Part shown: in pieces, positions 37,677 through 47,627 of the stretch | Numbering within the stretch: the first letter of the stretch is position 1 | Layout of the letters: each line of letters begins with the position of its first letter | Source: an uncultured bacterium | Lineage (GTDB): Bacteria > Acidobacteriota > Thermoanaerobaculia > Multivoradales > JAHZIX01 | Reading direction: 5' to 3' | DNA length: 64,000 nt | Assembly (NCBI GenBank): GCA_965368975.1 | Contig: CBDUPA010000009.1 | Coordinates: 128,001-192,000 of the forward strand | Notes under the pieces: model-generated | What the model was told of the DNA's origin: nothing | Databases searched by the model: none | Seen by the model: only the letters and a program-made list of their open reading frames with translations | Translations under genes and position numbers: made by a program

Positions 37677-38417
37677 ATGGGCAAGAGAAAGGCCACCGCC
37701 ACGTCGGAAGCTCCAGCCAAGCAGCGTCAGGAATCGGACGCCGCTCGCTCGCCCCACGACCTACGAAGCAGCACACGCATCTGGCTGGAAGCGATCCTCA
37801 TCGCCCTGCTCTTTCTGCGCTTCGCCAACACCTTCGTGCTCCAGACCTTCTACATCCCCAGCGAGTCCATGGTCGAAACGCTCTTGATCGGCGACCACCT
37901 CTTCGTCAACCGCTTCATCTACTCCGGCGACCACGAAGAGGGGAGTTCCTTCCTGCCACAGCGGCCCGTCGAGCGCGGCGACATCGTCATCTTCGACTCC
38001 CTGGAACAACCGGGCCAGGATGTGGTCAAGCGCTGCATCGCCATCGGTGGTGACACAGTCGAGATCCACGGTACCCGCACCCTGATCAACGGCCAGATGC
38101 TGGAAGACGACACCTACGTCAAATACCGCCGCAGCGCCGGCTTCCGCTACCGTTTCGGTCCCGTCACCGTGCCCCAAGGCCACGTCTTCTGCATGGGTGA
38201 CAACCGCGACTCGTCCTACGACTCGCGCGCCTGGGGTCCGCTGCCACTCGATCGCATCAAGGGCCGCGCGTCGATGATCTACTGGTCCTACAGCGGCGAC
38301 GTGTCGGACGGCACCAGCGAAGAAAGCCTCGCCGTGCGCTTGCGTCGCGGAATCGGCATGCTGCTGCAGGCACCGATCCGCACCCGTTGGGATCGCATGT
38401 TCGACGTCGTGAAGTAG
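37677..38417 (+). CDS. lepB: Signal peptidase I
   Basis: IPSESM..TLLIGD, VKRCIA, MGDNRDSSYDSR. Confidence 0.93.
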   Translation: MGKRKATATSEAPAKQRQESDAARSPHDLRSSTRIWLEAILIALLFLRFANTFVLQTFYIPSESMVETLLIGDHLFVNRFIYSGDHEEGSSFLPQRPVERGDIVIFDSLEQPGQDVVKRCIAIGGDTVEIHGTRTLINGQMLEDDTYVKYRRSAGFRYRFGPVTVPQGHVFCMGDNRDSSYDSRAWGPLPLDRIKGRASMIYWSYSGDVSDGTSEESLAVRLRRGIGMLLQAPIRTRWDRMFDVVK

Positions 38418-38423
38418 CGACTC

Positions 38424-39281
38424 ATGCCCGAACCCACGGAGCCCACCCTCGCGGCCACGACACCGGCAACCGAACCGGAGGCACCAGAAGACGCCCTCCG
38501 GGACGCCGCTTCCAAGACAGCTCTGGCCACGCGCCCGCCCAGAACCGTAGCCCAACACAAGCCAGTTCTACGCGAGTATCTCGACGCACTGATGATCGCG
38601 GTGCTCCTGGCGCTCTTCCTACGCACGTTCCTCCTGCAGCCATTCAAGATCCCCACCGGCTCGATGGAGACCAACCTGCTCATCGGCGACCACCTGCTGG
38701 TCAACAAGTTCATCTACGGCGCCACCGTTGCGCCCTCCGAACGGGCGTTGCTGCCCCTTCGTGCCATCCGCCGGGGCGATGTCGTGGTGTTCAAGTTCCC
38801 GCAGGATGCTTCGAGGGATTTCATCAAGCGCTGTGTCGCACTGCCGGGTGATCAGGTCGAGATCGTCGACAAACGCTTGTGGGTGAACGGGAGCGAGGTC
38901 GACGACGACAGCTACGTGCGGCATGAAGACCCCCGCGTCTACCCTCGATCCCTCTACCTACACGACAATTTCCGCAAGCGCGACAACTTCGGCCCCTATA
39001 TCGTGCCGGAGAACACCTACTTCTGTCTCGGCGACAATCGAGACAACTCGCACGACTCGCGCTTCTGGGGCCCCGTCCCCGCCGCCTACGTCAAGGGACG
39101 CGCCTGGATGGTCTACTGGTCCTTGGCCCCGATGACCAAGAAAGCCCGGCCCGCCCACCGAGACGCTCGAGCAGCCCTCGAAGCCGGTGCCGACACTCAC
39201 CCGGCGGCCGGCGCTGAGCCGCCCGCGCGCAGCGCCTTCGCGCGAACCCGCTGGGCTCGTACCCTGCGCCTCGTTCGCTAG
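38424..39281 (+). CDS. lepB: Signal peptidase I (tandem paralog)
   Basis: IPTGSM..NLLIGD, FIKRCVA, LGDNRDNSHDSRFWG. Confidence 0.93.
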   Translation: MPEPTEPTLAATTPATEPEAPEDALRDAASKTALATRPPRTVAQHKPVLREYLDALMIAVLLALFLRTFLLQPFKIPTGSMETNLLIGDHLLVNKFIYGATVAPSERALLPLRAIRRGDVVVFKFPQDASRDFIKRCVALPGDQVEIVDKRLWVNGSEVDDDSYVRHEDPRVYPRSLYLHDNFRKRDNFGPYIVPENTYFCLGDNRDNSHDSRFWGPVPAAYVKGRAWMVYWSLAPMTKKARPAHRDARAALEAGADTHPAAGAEPPARSAFARTRWARTLRLVR

Positions 39282-39312
39282 CCTGTTTCGCTGAGCCTGT
39301 TTCGCTGAGCCT
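39281..39312. repeat. 14-bp tandem repeat GCCTGTTTCGCTGA (2+ copies)
   Basis: Read directly after the second lepB stop. Confidence 0.8.
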
Positions 39313-39417
39313 CCTTCGTTGAGCGATAGAGACACCCCGAGCGACCCCGGCCGTCGCGCTTGCGGTACACTTCCGTTCCCCCCCAGCCTGAACCACACGA
39401 GAGGAGGCCTTGAGACC

Positions 39418-39807
39418 ATGCTCTTTCACACCTCGGAGGGTCACCGTAGACAGCGCGGCGAGGGTCGCCTCGGCTGCATGCTGTGGACTGCGGTGCTGAT
39501 CATCGCCATCGTCACCGCTTGGAAAATGATTCCAGTCAAGGTTGACAGCGCGGAACTCGAATCATTCATGGACGAACAGGCGAAGTTCTCGGCGCGCCGC
39601 TCAGCACCCGAGATCAAGAAGGAAATCCTGAAGCACGCGCGCGAGCTCGACCTACCGGTCGAGGAGAAGTGGATCGACGTCGAGAAAAGCGACGGCAACG
39701 ACGAGATCAGCATGCGCGTCCAGTACACGGTGCCAATCGACTTCTACCTCTTCACCTACGAGTGGGACTTCGATATCCAGGTTGACCGCAACATCTACAT
39801 CTTCTAG
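39418..39807 (+). CDS. Hypothetical single-pass membrane protein (DUF4845-like)
   Basis: GAGGAGG RBS before ATG; RQRGEG followed by a hydrophobic segment; location after lepB. Confidence 0.7.
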   Translation: MLFHTSEGHRRQRGEGRLGCMLWTAVLIIAIVTAWKMIPVKVDSAELESFMDEQAKFSARRSAPEIKKEILKHARELDLPVEEKWIDVEKSDGNDEISMRVQYTVPIDFYLFTYEWDFDIQVDRNIYIF

Positions 39808-41644
39808 CCAGTCACATGGTTCCCGTGGCTTCGCGGCCGCCGCCCTGTGGCGGCTGCGCGCCCGGTTTCGCGCGCTCTCGGGCGGCGCCTCCGGCGGCGT
39901 CCTGCTGCTGATCTGCGGTACCCTGCCCGGGCTCGTCGCGGGCAGTCACTTGGCTGGCCTGCTGTTCTTCCTCAACCCCGACGTCCCCTTCTCCAGCTGG
40001 ACCGTCACGCGTCTCACCGGTGCCTATGCGCTGCTCTTGGGCGCCGTCAGTCTACTGCTCAGCTTTGTGTTGTTTCGACGCCGGCCGCGAGCTGCTCGCC
40101 GCTTTCTGCCGTGGGCCTTGACCACCGTGTTGACGGCCTCCGCGCTGCTCTGCTGGACCCACGCCTCGCACTTCGCCTTCTACCTTCCATCTGGCATCAA
40201 CGAGCGGCTGATCAAGGTCGCGGTCGCCATGACCGTGCTGGCACTGGTCGCGTTCTACACGGCGCTCCTGCACAGCGTGCACCGGCGCCGCTACGGTTGG
40301 CGCAGCGTCCTCGGCTTCGCTCTGATGGTGCTGCTCTCAGTCTTCGTCACCGTGGAGCGGCGCGAAGCCTTCCAGCCCAAGCCACCGCCACTGCGCACCG
40401 GTGCATTGTTCGCGGAGACGCCGCGGCCACGACTGCTGCTGATCGCCATCGAGTCGGCGACGATCGATGCCGTATTGCCACTCGCGGAGCAAGGTCGCTT
40501 ACCGTTCTTCGCCATGCTTCTGCGCGAAGGCACCCACGGACGCCTGCAGACGGTGCGCCCATATCGTCGCGCCACCGCTTGGACGTCCCTTCTCACCGGC
40601 AAGGATCCACACCGCCACGGAATCGTCAGCGAGGAGCTGTACCCACTACCGTTCCTCGGCGCCGAGCAGGAATTGCGCCTGCTGCCCGCTGGCCTTGCTT
40701 TCTCTACCTGGGGCACCTTCGGCGCCGAGCCGATCGCGGTCGACAGCACGCACTGCACGAGCCTCACCCTGCCGCAAGTACTGTCGCGCCTGCAGGTGCC
40801 GTCGGGCATGCTCGGCTGGCCGCACAGTGATCCGGTCGACCCGTACCTGGCCTTTGCGCTTTCCGAGACCTTCTTCCGCGATCCCGCCGAGGATCCGCGC
40901 GAGCCGCGACGGCACGCTCAGCCCGAGAGCCTTACCGCCCGCGCGCAGCTGTTCCACGTCGACGAGCACGAATTGGACCCAGTCTCCGTCTCTCGTTTCG
41001 GTGACCCGGCGCCCGCCCAGGTCGTGCACGCCCTGGCACAAGACGACTGGCGCCAATCGTTGACCCTCTACCAGCAGGAACACCGGGCCGACGTACGCGC
41101 GCTCTTCGTCGCGCTGCCCGGACTCGGGGAGGTCTCGCGGCACTACTACGCCGGCTATGCGGACGTACAGTTCAACGCTGCGCAGGATCCTGACGAACTC
41201 CGCGCCGCCGAACTCTTGGCCGCCTACTATGGCGAACTCGACACCTTCCTCCAGAACCTCTGGCAGCGCATCGGCGAGGAACCCGCCATCCTCGCGGTCG
41301 TGTCACCTGCAGGCATGGCGGAACCGCCGCCGCTCGGCAGCCTGTGGAACAGCCTGCGCGGTAGGCCGCTCGAAGGTACGCAGCAGGAGGCTCCCGATGG
41401 CCTGCTTCTGCTCCACGGTGCCGGCATCCGCCGCGGTGGCCAACTGACCAGCGCCCGCTTGACCGACGTCGTACCAACCCTCCTGTATGCCCTCGGTTAC
41501 CCGATCGCTCGCGACTTCGACGGCAAGGTGCTGACGCTGGCTCTCGACCCCGCTCTCCTGGCCCACCAGCCACTCACCTTCGTCCCCTCCTACGAGCCGC
41601 TACCCCCACCCGCCTCCGCGACCACGACCCGCAACCCGACGTAG
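39782..41644 (+). CDS. Membrane-anchored alkaline phosphatase / phosphodiesterase family protein
   Basis: N-terminal TMs; GRLPFFA.LL.EG..G.L, WTSLLTGK.P..HGI, DVVPTLLYALG..RDFDG; start uncertain. Confidence 0.75.
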   Translation: MTATSTSSSQSHGSRGFAAAALWRLRARFRALSGGASGGVLLLICGTLPGLVAGSHLAGLLFFLNPDVPFSSWTVTRLTGAYALLLGAVSLLLSFVLFRRRPRAARRFLPWALTTVLTASALLCWTHASHFAFYLPSGINERLIKVAVAMTVLALVAFYTALLHSVHRRRYGWRSVLGFALMVLLSVFVTVERREAFQPKPPPLRTGALFAETPRPRLLLIAIESATIDAVLPLAEQGRLPFFAMLLREGTHGRLQTVRPYRRATAWTSLLTGKDPHRHGIVSEELYPLPFLGAEQELRLLPAGLAFSTWGTFGAEPIAVDSTHCTSLTLPQVLSRLQVPSGMLGWPHSDPVDPYLAFALSETFFRDPAEDPREPRRHAQPESLTARAQLFHVDEHELDPVSVSRFGDPAPAQVVHALAQDDWRQSLTLYQQEHRADVRALFVALPGLGEVSRHYYAGYADVQFNAAQDPDELRAAELLAAYYGELDTFLQNLWQRIGEEPAILAVVSPAGMAEPPPLGSLWNSLRGRPLEGTQQEAPDGLLLLHGAGIRRGGQLTSARLTDVVPTLLYALGYPIARDFDGKVLTLALDPALLAHQPLTFVPSYEPLPPPASATTTRNPT

Positions 41645-44469
41645 GCAGCACTGGCTTCTGCACCGAGCGCCTTCGCTGGCCGATCGGCGCTCGCGCCTAC
41701 GACCGCCCCGCCAGTCTCGCCCTGCGCCCACTCCGCCACATTGCCATCGAGATCGAACACGGGATCATCGCCTTTACCGGGCAAGCTACCCACCGGCAGC
41801 AACAGTTTGCCGCGGTCGCCCAGAACGCTCTCTACTTCGTCCAGCAAACGCTCTGCGTCCTCCGGGTTGGGGCTGTAGCCGGCCCAGTGGTCCAGCGTAT
41901 TGCCCCCCTTGCCCGCCGCCGACGCCAGGCGCTTGGCCTCGCGCTCGGTCGGCAACCGGAACGGCCGTCCCGTTCTCTGCTGCAGCCAGTCGGCATACGC
42001 CTTCGCCTGCTCGTAGCTGACGCCCGCCACCGGCAGATCCTGGTTGCCTGCTTCCACCGCCTCGCCGCTGAACGCCGCCCACTGGGCGCGCGTCACCTCG
42101 AAGCGGCCCACTTCCATCCCGGCGAAGTGCACCGTCTCTGGGCAAAGAACACCGCCGCTGTGCACGCCAACCCCCTCCTCACTGTGCGCCACTCGTTGCC
42201 GACCCAGCAGACCGGCCAGTCGTGAATCCGCACGCAACCATGGCCGCGAGGACTGCTCCCTGCCGAACAGGTAACGGTCGAACCAGGCCAGGTCCTCTTC
42301 GACCTTGCGCTGCCGGTGCATCTGCTTCTGCAGCGTGTGGGGTTCATTCGGGAACAGCACCAGGCGCACCGGCGTCCGCTCCAAGTACTGCAACGCGCGG
42401 AACAGGTTCCAGCTCTGGTGCGGCGGAACAGCACGATCCGCCGTGCCGGCAAAGACGATGGTCGGGGTCGTGACCTCCCTGAGCCGGAAGAAGGGAGACT
42501 TCTCGAGGTAGGTTTCGACCTCCTCCCACGGCGGGCCACCGAAATAATAGTTGTCGAAAGCGGCACCAAAGTCGACGTTGGCCCAGTCGCTGAACCACTC
42601 CACATCCGCCGCACCGATCGAGGCCGCGCGGTAGCGGTCCGTGCGCGTCACCAAGTCGGCCGCCAGGATGCCACCGTTGCTCCAGCCAAACAGCGCCAGC
42701 CGCTCCGGGTCCGCAATGCCCCGCTCGATCATGGCGTCGACACCACGCTCGATGTCGACCGTCTCGAGATCGTAGTAGTTGCCGTCGCCGATCGACTCCA
42801 CCCACTCGAGTCCATACCCGGTACTGCCGTGGTAGTTCACCTGCAGCACAAAGGCGCCGCGCTGGCGGAACAGCAACAGTGGACCGCCAAAGCTCTGGCT
42901 CCACGTGTCCCGATCGGCCGAAGATGGGCCACCGTGAATGTCGACGATCAGCGGAGCTGGTCCCTCGGCGGACCCGCTCCGCGCAGCGGCTGGCGGACCC
43001 CCGGGCTGCGGCAGAGGCCAATGCAACAGGCCCTCGACCTGCTCACCCCTGGCTCCCGTCCAGCGCACCACCTCGACCTTGCCCGTCGGCTTGTCGCGGT
43101 AGTCGGGATTCAGGTCCGTCAACCTCCGCACCTCTTGCAACTGCCGATCGGCACATCTCGCCGTAAACCACTGCGGCGGCACGGTGGCTGTCGAGTGGCG
43201 ATACACCACGGTCGCCCCATCCCGGCTCACCAGCAGATCGTCCAGCCGCGAGACATGGGCCCCGGCCAGCGGCTGTCGCAGCCAACCACCGCCGCCAGAA
43301 TCCGCACCGGAATCACCGCCACCTCCCGTGTCGCGCGTGTAGAGCATCCCGACCCGCTCGACTCCCGCGGCCATGAGCGCGATCACCCCCCCCGGCACCG
43401 GCGCGATCACGCCATCCGTACCTGCCGGCCAGTCGAGCTCCACCTGCTCCGTCTCGCCGCTCGCGACATCGTGGTACCACACCTGTTCCACCGTCGCCAT
43501 CCGGTACTGCGCATGGTTGCTGAACTGGTTCAGCAAATAGAAACCCGCCGAGTCGGGGGCCCAGGCAAGACGTGTTGGCAGCAACCAGCGGTTGCGGGGT
43601 AGCTGCGGATCGTCGAACAGGCGGCTCAGCTCACCGCTCTCCAGATCCACCAGGTGCGTCTGTGGTGGAATCTTCTCATCGAAGTCGAAGCGCAGGCTCT
43701 GCTCCGCCACGACAACCGCATGCCGCCCATCCGGTGCCACCGCCAGCGTCTGGATGCGATCAGTGTTGTGGGTCAGCCGCTGGAGCTGCGCCCCCTCTTT
43801 TCGCGCTACCGAGAACAAGCGCACCGGCGGCTCGTTCTCTTCGTCGTCCACCACCGTCGAGGTATCGCCCCGCTTCTCGAGACTCGCTTCGTAGGCTGAG
43901 GGTAGCTCCTGAGCCATCACGACCAGCGTCTCGTCATCGCGCCAATCGAAGCCTCGAATGTCCCGCGCCGAGCGCGTCACCGGATAGGCCTCGCCTCCTG
44001 ACACAGGAATCACCCACAGCTGCGTCTTGGCCACGTCGCCATTGCCGTCGCTGCCCCCCGGCAGATCGCGCGTGCTGAGAAAAGCAACGTAGCGGCTGTT
44101 CGGAGAGAACGCAGGCACGCTGACGACCTGCTGTCCGCGTGTCAGCGCAATGGCGGGAAGTGCCGCGTTGGCTTCCGTCTCGGAGCTGGCGGGACCGAGA
44201 CGGCTCAGGCGCAGGTTCGACAACCGCTTCTCTTCGTCTTCGACCTTCACCACCGCCGTGTGGACCCACACGGCCAGCCGACCATCTGAAGACACCGCCC
44301 ATTGACTCGCGGTCTCGGCTGCTAGCAGGTCCTCAATCGTCCACGCCGCAGGCGACGGGTTGTGCGCTTGTCGTTGATGGTCCATTGCCAGAAGCCCGCA
44401 GTTGAAAGTGCCGTTGAGAAGTAGGAAGAACAGACTCCATACCGCCCGCACCAAGGCAGATCGCGACAT
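41590..44469 (-). CDS. S9 prolyl oligopeptidase family peptidase with C-terminal FGE-sulfatase-like domain
   Basis: Beta-propeller repeats, IHGGP, GWSNGG (Ser), D and EPH triad residues; FEVTRAQW, RLPTERE, DLDGNVAEW. Confidence 0.88.
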   Translation of the reverse strand: MSRSALVRAVWSLFFLLLNGTFNCGLLAMDHQRQAHNPSPAAWTIEDLLAAETASQWAVSSDGRLAVWVHTAVVKVEDEEKRLSNLRLSRLGPASSETEANAALPAIALTRGQQVVSVPAFSPNSRYVAFLSTRDLPGGSDGNGDVAKTQLWVIPVSGGEAYPVTRSARDIRGFDWRDDETLVVMAQELPSAYEASLEKRGDTSTVVDDEENEPPVRLFSVARKEGAQLQRLTHNTDRIQTLAVAPDGRHAVVVAEQSLRFDFDEKIPPQTHLVDLESGELSRLFDDPQLPRNRWLLPTRLAWAPDSAGFYLLNQFSNHAQYRMATVEQVWYHDVASGETEQVELDWPAGTDGVIAPVPGGVIALMAAGVERVGMLYTRDTGGGGDSGADSGGGGWLRQPLAGAHVSRLDDLLVSRDGATVVYRHSTATVPPQWFTARCADRQLQEVRRLTDLNPDYRDKPTGKVEVVRWTGARGEQVEGLLHWPLPQPGGPPAAARSGSAEGPAPLIVDIHGGPSSADRDTWSQSFGGPLLLFRQRGAFVLQVNYHGSTGYGLEWVESIGDGNYYDLETVDIERGVDAMIERGIADPERLALFGWSNGGILAADLVTRTDRYRAASIGAADVEWFSDWANVDFGAAFDNYYFGGPPWEEVETYLEKSPFFRLREVTTPTIVFAGTADRAVPPHQSWNLFRALQYLERTPVRLVLFPNEPHTLQKQMHRQRKVEEDLAWFDRYLFGREQSSRPWLRADSRLAGLLGRQRVAHSEEGVGVHSGGVLCPETVHFAGMEVGRFEVTRAQWAAFSGEAVEAGNQDLPVAGVSYEQAKAYADWLQQRTGRPFRLPTEREAKRLASAAGKGGNTLDHWAGYSPNPEDAERLLDEVESVLGDRGKLLLPVGSLPGKGDDPVFDLDGNVAEWAQGETGGAVVGASADRPAKALGAEASAAYVGLRVVVAEAGGGSGS

Positions 44470-44569
44470 CTCTTCCCTCCCCGAGTAAGTGGCTGAGTTC
44501 GGCCGCCGATCGCGGCTCCGAGGACAGGCCGCTGATCATATCCGATGACGTTGGTGGTATCCTCGCGGC

Positions 44570-46189
44570 GTGCAAGTGCTGGTCTCGAACTCCCCCCTGC
44601 GACTGATCTGCATCGCCCTCTGCCTCACGCTGGCGGGCCTGACTCTGGCAGGGCTTTCGTCCCTGCAGGCCCAAATACCGCCCCCCGCGGGCCCCGCCTC
44701 GACACCAGCGGACGCGAGCAGCGAGTCTGTCGAAGCCCACGATGGCGCCGGCCTGCGGCCCACCGCCTCCTTGTTGCTGGATGGTCGTCAGCACCGCCTG
44801 CCGGTCACCCTGTCGGAAGTCGGCCCTCTCTTTGCCCTCGAACCTCTCCTCGCCTGGTTGGGCGGCGAACTCGAGCCAGGCGCTTACGACGAAGGCTTCA
44901 CGCTGACCCTGCGTGGCACCGCCCTGAGCTTCGGCCCGGAGAGCCAGGCGATCACCCGTGGCGAGATCATCCTGCCGCTGTCCCAGACGCCGCTGGAACA
45001 TGTCAACGGCCTCATGGTACCGCTCGATTTCCTGCGCCTGACCTTCGGCGGCCACCTCGGCTACCGTTTCGACTGGGATGCCACCGCCTGGCAGCTGCGC
45101 ATCGAGGCCTACGAGCCGCAAGAGGTGCAGATCGATGCCACGCTGCTGCATCTGAGCGGCGTCTCGACCCTGTCGCTGCGCTTCCGCTCTCAAGGCCGAC
45201 CGACCGCCGTCCGGTACCGCCTGCAGGACGTGGCCGAGGGGTTGAGCCTCCTTCTGCTCGATGATCGCATCGCCGCCGGCAACCGGCCGCCGCACACCGA
45301 CCCGTTGATTGACGGTGTCCTCTTCAGCAGCAGCACCGTCACCATCGTGGCACCTGCGGATGTGTTAGCCACCCGCCGGCCCGCGGACTCGGGTACCGCC
45401 GAGCAGCTGGTCTTCGAATTCGAGCGCGGCCGCGCGCCGCAGCCAGCCTTGAGCGAGACACAACCACAGCTCGTGCCACCGCCGAGCCGTTCCGTGGGCA
45501 TTGGGCGCATCGTCATCGATCCGGGGCACGGCGGTAGCGAATCCGGCGCCATCGGACCCAGCGGCGCGATGGAGAAGGACCTCGCGCTGCAGCTGGCCCG
45601 TCAGCTGGCCTCGCAGCTGAGCCGGCGGATGAACGTCAAGGTGCTGCTGACGCGCGATGGCGACGAGAACCTATCGCGCGAGGCCCGCACTGCGTTCGCC
45701 AACTTCCAGAAGGCCGACCTCTTCATCTCCCTGCACCTGAATTCTTCCTATGGTCGCGGAGCCCAAGGAGCCGAAACCTACATCCTGAGCCAGGAAGCCA
45801 GCGACGAGCGTGCCGCGGCGGCCGCCGCGACGGAGAACAGCTCTCCCAATGCAGCCGGCTCCGGAGATCCGCTCGAAGACCTCCAGCTCATCCTGTGGGA
45901 CATGGCACAGAGCTACCATCTCGGCGAGAGTCAACGCCTGGCCAACTTCATCCAGCAGGAACTCAACGACGCCATGGGACTGCGTGACCGTGGAGTCAAG
46001 CAGGCACCGTTCCGCGTCCTGATGGGGGCCGCGATGCCAGCCGTGCTGGTCGAACTGGGCTTCATCAGCAATCCCCAGGAAGAAGCGCGACTGCAGGACC
46101 CTGCCTACCAAGCGCAGCTCGCCGCGGCCCTGACGCGGGCGATCATGCGCTACCGTGCCCAAGCGCAGAGCGGAGCCGGTGCGCCATGA
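44570..46189 (+). CDS. N-acetylmuramoyl-L-alanine amidase (Amidase_3)
   Basis: IVIDPGHGG, EKD, LTRDGD, FISLHLN, MPAVLVELGFISN. Confidence 0.93.
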   Translation: MQVLVSNSPLRLICIALCLTLAGLTLAGLSSLQAQIPPPAGPASTPADASSESVEAHDGAGLRPTASLLLDGRQHRLPVTLSEVGPLFALEPLLAWLGGELEPGAYDEGFTLTLRGTALSFGPESQAITRGEIILPLSQTPLEHVNGLMVPLDFLRLTFGGHLGYRFDWDATAWQLRIEAYEPQEVQIDATLLHLSGVSTLSLRFRSQGRPTAVRYRLQDVAEGLSLLLLDDRIAAGNRPPHTDPLIDGVLFSSSTVTIVAPADVLATRRPADSGTAEQLVFEFERGRAPQPALSETQPQLVPPPSRSVGIGRIVIDPGHGGSESGAIGPSGAMEKDLALQLARQLASQLSRRMNVKVLLTRDGDENLSREARTAFANFQKADLFISLHLNSSYGRGAQGAETYILSQEASDERAAAAAATENSSPNAAGSGDPLEDLQLILWDMAQSYHLGESQRLANFIQQELNDAMGLRDRGVKQAPFRVLMGAAMPAVLVELGFISNPQEEARLQDPAYQAQLAAALTRAIMRYRAQAQSGAGAP

Positions 46190-46803
46190 GGCCACCGCGG
46201 AACCCAGGGGAGCCAGCGCAGCCGTCGGACCTGCAACGCTTGCTCCGGCGGCCGGCGGTCTGGATCAGCATTACCACCCTCCTGCTGCTTGCGTTGCTCA
46301 TCTGGCTGTGGCCTGGCGGCACACTGCCAGACCCGGATGATCCGGACGCCGCGACCGACCCGGTCCAGCTGGTGCAGGAACAGCGCCCGGTCGAACTCTT
46401 CTTTCCCACCGCCGGCACCCGCTTACGCACAGAAGCGCGCTCGATCACGGTGCGCGACCGGCCCGAAGCAGAAGTCCGCGCCATTATTGAACAGCTACTG
46501 CTCGGCCCCGAAAGCACCAACCTCTTCCGGCCGCTACCCCAAGGCATCGAGCTGGTCGCCGTCTACCTGAAAGGCGGTGTCGCCTACCTCGACCTGCACC
46601 GTCCCGAGACCGTGCCGCCGCTCGCCGTCGGTTCGAATCAGGAACGGCAAGCGGTCTTCAGCCTCGTCAACTCCGTGGTCACCAACGTGCCCGACGTCGG
46701 ATCGGTCGTGTTGCTGTGGGAGGGTCGCCAATGGCCGACCTTTGCCGGCCACCTCGACACCAGCTTGCCACTGACCGCGAACATGCGCCTGGTCACGCGC
46801 TGA
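46186..46803 (+). CDS. GerMN domain protein
   Basis: TM, then IIEQLLLGP, AYLDL, SLVNS, FAGHLD; directly after the amidase. Confidence 0.85.
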   Translation: MRPPRNPGEPAQPSDLQRLLRRPAVWISITTLLLLALLIWLWPGGTLPDPDDPDAATDPVQLVQEQRPVELFFPTAGTRLRTEARSITVRDRPEAEVRAIIEQLLLGPESTNLFRPLPQGIELVAVYLKGGVAYLDLHRPETVPPLAVGSNQERQAVFSLVNSVVTNVPDVGSVVLLWEGRQWPTFAGHLDTSLPLTANMRLVTR

Positions 46804-46862
46804 CGTCGCGCGGCCGAATACTTCGCGCCGCTCTCCAAGCCACGCGCCCCGGCAGAGCCCGC

Positions 46863-47465
46863 TCAGCCTCCGCGAGATCGGAACCGCGCCACGTCTGCCG
46901 GCGTGTTGATATTGACCAACTCGGCCGGCCCCGCGTCCACCGCTCGCCAACGTACCTCCCGGCACTTCGCCAGCTTGCGCAAGGCGAAGTGCCCCTCGGA
47001 CACCTGCTGCGCCAGGGCCGCCAGAACGGCTGGGCGGTAGAGCGCGCACAGCGGCTGCAGCCCATCGTCATCGCGCGTCAGGACCCAGGACACGCCAGGA
47101 TCCTCGGCAGCGACCGCCAGCACGCGCCGCAGGAGCGCCGCATCGGCCGCCGGCAGGTCGCAGGCGAGCACCAGCAGCGAGGCCCGCGGAAACACGGCTG
47201 CCGCGCCCAGAATGCCCGCCGCCGGACCGGCGCCGGGACCATCAGCAACCGGCTGCGCCAGCGACCGGGCAACGAACTCTCGGCCCCGATCCGCGATCAG
47301 TACGCGCGAGCAGCACCGCTGCAACCGTCCCGCGGCCAGGGCCGCCAGCGTCGGTGCGTGCGGGTCGCCAGGATCGAGCACCAGCGCCGCCTTGTCGACG
47401 CCCATGCGCCGTGACGCCCCGCCCGCCAGCACCAGCCCAACCAGCTCTTCGCTCGCGCTTCTCAT
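46863..47465 (-). CDS. mobA: Molybdenum cofactor guanylyltransferase
   Basis: LAGGASRRMGVDKA, GPAAGI, LACDLP, QPLCALY, NINTPAD. Confidence 0.92.
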   Translation of the reverse strand: MRSASEELVGLVLAGGASRRMGVDKAALVLDPGDPHAPTLAALAAGRLQRCCSRVLIADRGREFVARSLAQPVADGPGAGPAAGILGAAAVFPRASLLVLACDLPAADAALLRRVLAVAAEDPGVSWVLTRDDDGLQPLCALYRPAVLAALAQQVSEGHFALRKLAKCREVRWRAVDAGPAELVNINTPADVARFRSRGG

Positions 47466-47627
47466 TCTCGGCTCTCTCCTTGCACTCAGGCTCGGTTCTG
47501 CGACGCAGCTCTTCCGACGGACCAGCCCACAGGGCCACCTCTTGACCTGCCGCGAGAACCTGACAGGATTGGGGCTTCGCCGCTCGCCCCTATTCAACCC
47601 GCGCCCGACGAGAGATTACCGCAAGCG

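Noticed and set aside
37677-39281. Tandem signal peptidase I genes as a novelty
   Set aside because: Tandem lepB paralogs are common, and both have normal catalytic Ser/Lys motifs.
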